Source: an uncultured Candidatus Poseidoniales archaeon (lineage in GTDB: Archaea; Thermoplasmatota; Poseidoniia; Poseidoniales; Poseidoniaceae). From it: a DNA stretch of 64,000 bases. This document shows, one piece after another, positions 63,239 through 64,000 of the stretch (positions are counted from its first letter, which is position 1; each line of letters opens with the position of its first letter). Location of the stretch: the NCBI GenBank assembly GCA_964587885.1, contig CAZPME010000005.1:17115-81114 (forward strand), in the 5' to 3' direction. A program made the translations under genes and the position numbers. The notes below the pieces were generated by a model. It did no database searches and was not told where the DNA came from. It was given only the letters and a program-made list of their open reading frames with translations.

Positions 63239-64000
63239 TTAGAGTGCGGCTATTTCGGCTACTCCAGCATCGACAAGATAGGCCGCCATATTCTCATCGA
63301 GCATATGGATATCACCTTCGTTGAGTTTGAGTTCATCACCTTCAGCGGTCATGATTTCATCATCTTGGCTGATAAGAACACGAATTCTAGTCAATACATT
63401 GGGAATGTCTTCAGTAGGTGAAACGGTGATTTTTTCCTCGGGCTCGGCTTGACTTGGTTCATCTTGCGAAGTTTCAGAGGTTGCCTCTTCGGGTGTTGAG
63501 TCGTTAATGATGATAGCCGATTGATTGGCTGAAGGGGCTAAATCCCACGCAGAAATCTCACCATTGTCTGCTGATGAGGTTATGGCTTCGGTCTCAGCAA
63601 TCGGTTGGTTGGCTTTAGCCATCATTTCAGGATAAGCCTCTATCATTGCGATGCGCTCTTCGTCATCAAACTCAGGCTCATCAAACTCAGCAGTAGATTT
63701 CTCAACTAATTCAACCGGTGGCGGACCTTGTCCGGTTAGGCCACCAGTATCGGTAACGAAGTCATCTAGTTGTTTAGTACCAACTGGCACGATAGGAATA
63801 GCGCTCGCTTCCCCGACACCTTGCACCATCTCATCCCACCCAACACCGAGTTTGAATTTACTCAATAATTGGTCGAGTCCGTCATAGAACTCTCGCTCGT
63901 AAGCATCAAAGCGTGACCAATCAAGTGGGGGTAATCTCCGTCCTCCTTCGCCATTTGAACTACTGCGTAATTCGGAAGTAACTGCATGGTGGAGTAAGGC
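63239..64000 (-). CDS. Hypothetical acidic protein; N-terminus runs off the window end
   Basis: The track ORF 63239..63865 begins at an internal TTG. My in-frame translation upstream stays open to 64000 (...LRSSSNGEGGRRLPPLDWSRFDAYEREFYDGLDQLLSKFKL...). The C-terminus (LKLNEGDIHMLDENMAAYLVDAGVAE) faintly resembles a GINS B-domain; this is unverified. Confidence 0.6.
   Translation of the reverse strand, partial: ALLHHAVTSELRSSSNGEGGRRLPPLDWSRFDAYEREFYDGLDQLLSKFKLGVGWDEMVQGVGEASAIPIVPVGTKQLDDFVTDTGGLTGQGPPPVELVEKSTAEFDEPEFDDEERIAMIEAYPEMMAKANQPIAETEAITSSADNGEISAWDLAPSANQSAIIINDSTPEEATSETSQDEPSQAEPEEKITVSPTEDIPNVLTRIRVLISQDDEIMTAEGDELKLNEGDIHMLDENMAAYLVDAGVAEIAAL

Overview
The window reads as a compact, almost gap-free piece of an archaeal chromosome. 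Archaeal information-processing genes are present: aEF-1alpha, ribosomal proteins S10 and S8e, SRP19, Sec61beta, FEN1, family-B DNA polymerase, XerA-type recombinase, a Trm11-like THUMP methyltransferase, a NOL1/NOP2/Sun methyltransferase, and two tRNAs. These are mixed with bacterial-looking aerobic heterotroph genes: an aa3-type heme-copper oxidase operon with SCO1, a two-subunit 2-oxoacid:ferredoxin oxidoreductase, fused RibD, BCAT, an AtuA/DUF4387 pair, ParA, and a RimK-type ligase. There are also many secreted or membrane-anchored proteins, including a 1589-aa protein with 14 FG-GAP-like repeats and thrombospondin-type-3-like repeats. This mix suggests an uncultured marine planktonic euryarchaeote (Marine Group II/Poseidoniales-like), but that is inference only. 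I saw no CRISPR array, transposase, rRNA or obvious prophage. The most interesting items: (1) a parA gene followed 2 nt later by a 146-aa ORF that keeps only the ParB N-terminal RRGLGRGL peptide, sitting just downstream of a single-pass membrane protein with a cytoplasmic SAP DNA-binding motif; this could be a chromosome tethering/segregation module. (2) A heme-copper oxidase operon in which CoxI, CoxII, CoxIII and SCO1 all carry extra extracytoplasmic domains or metal-ligand-rich loops. (3) Two linker-histone-like proteins: an Hc1-N-like 60-mer and an HhH protein with a Lys/Ala-rich tail. (4) A RimK ligase fused to a TrkA-C-like domain. All functional calls come from motif recognition by eye on the supplied translations; no database search was run. 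Several ORF-track starts were trimmed to internal start codons where the N-terminal stretch looked non-coding or overlapped a neighbour.
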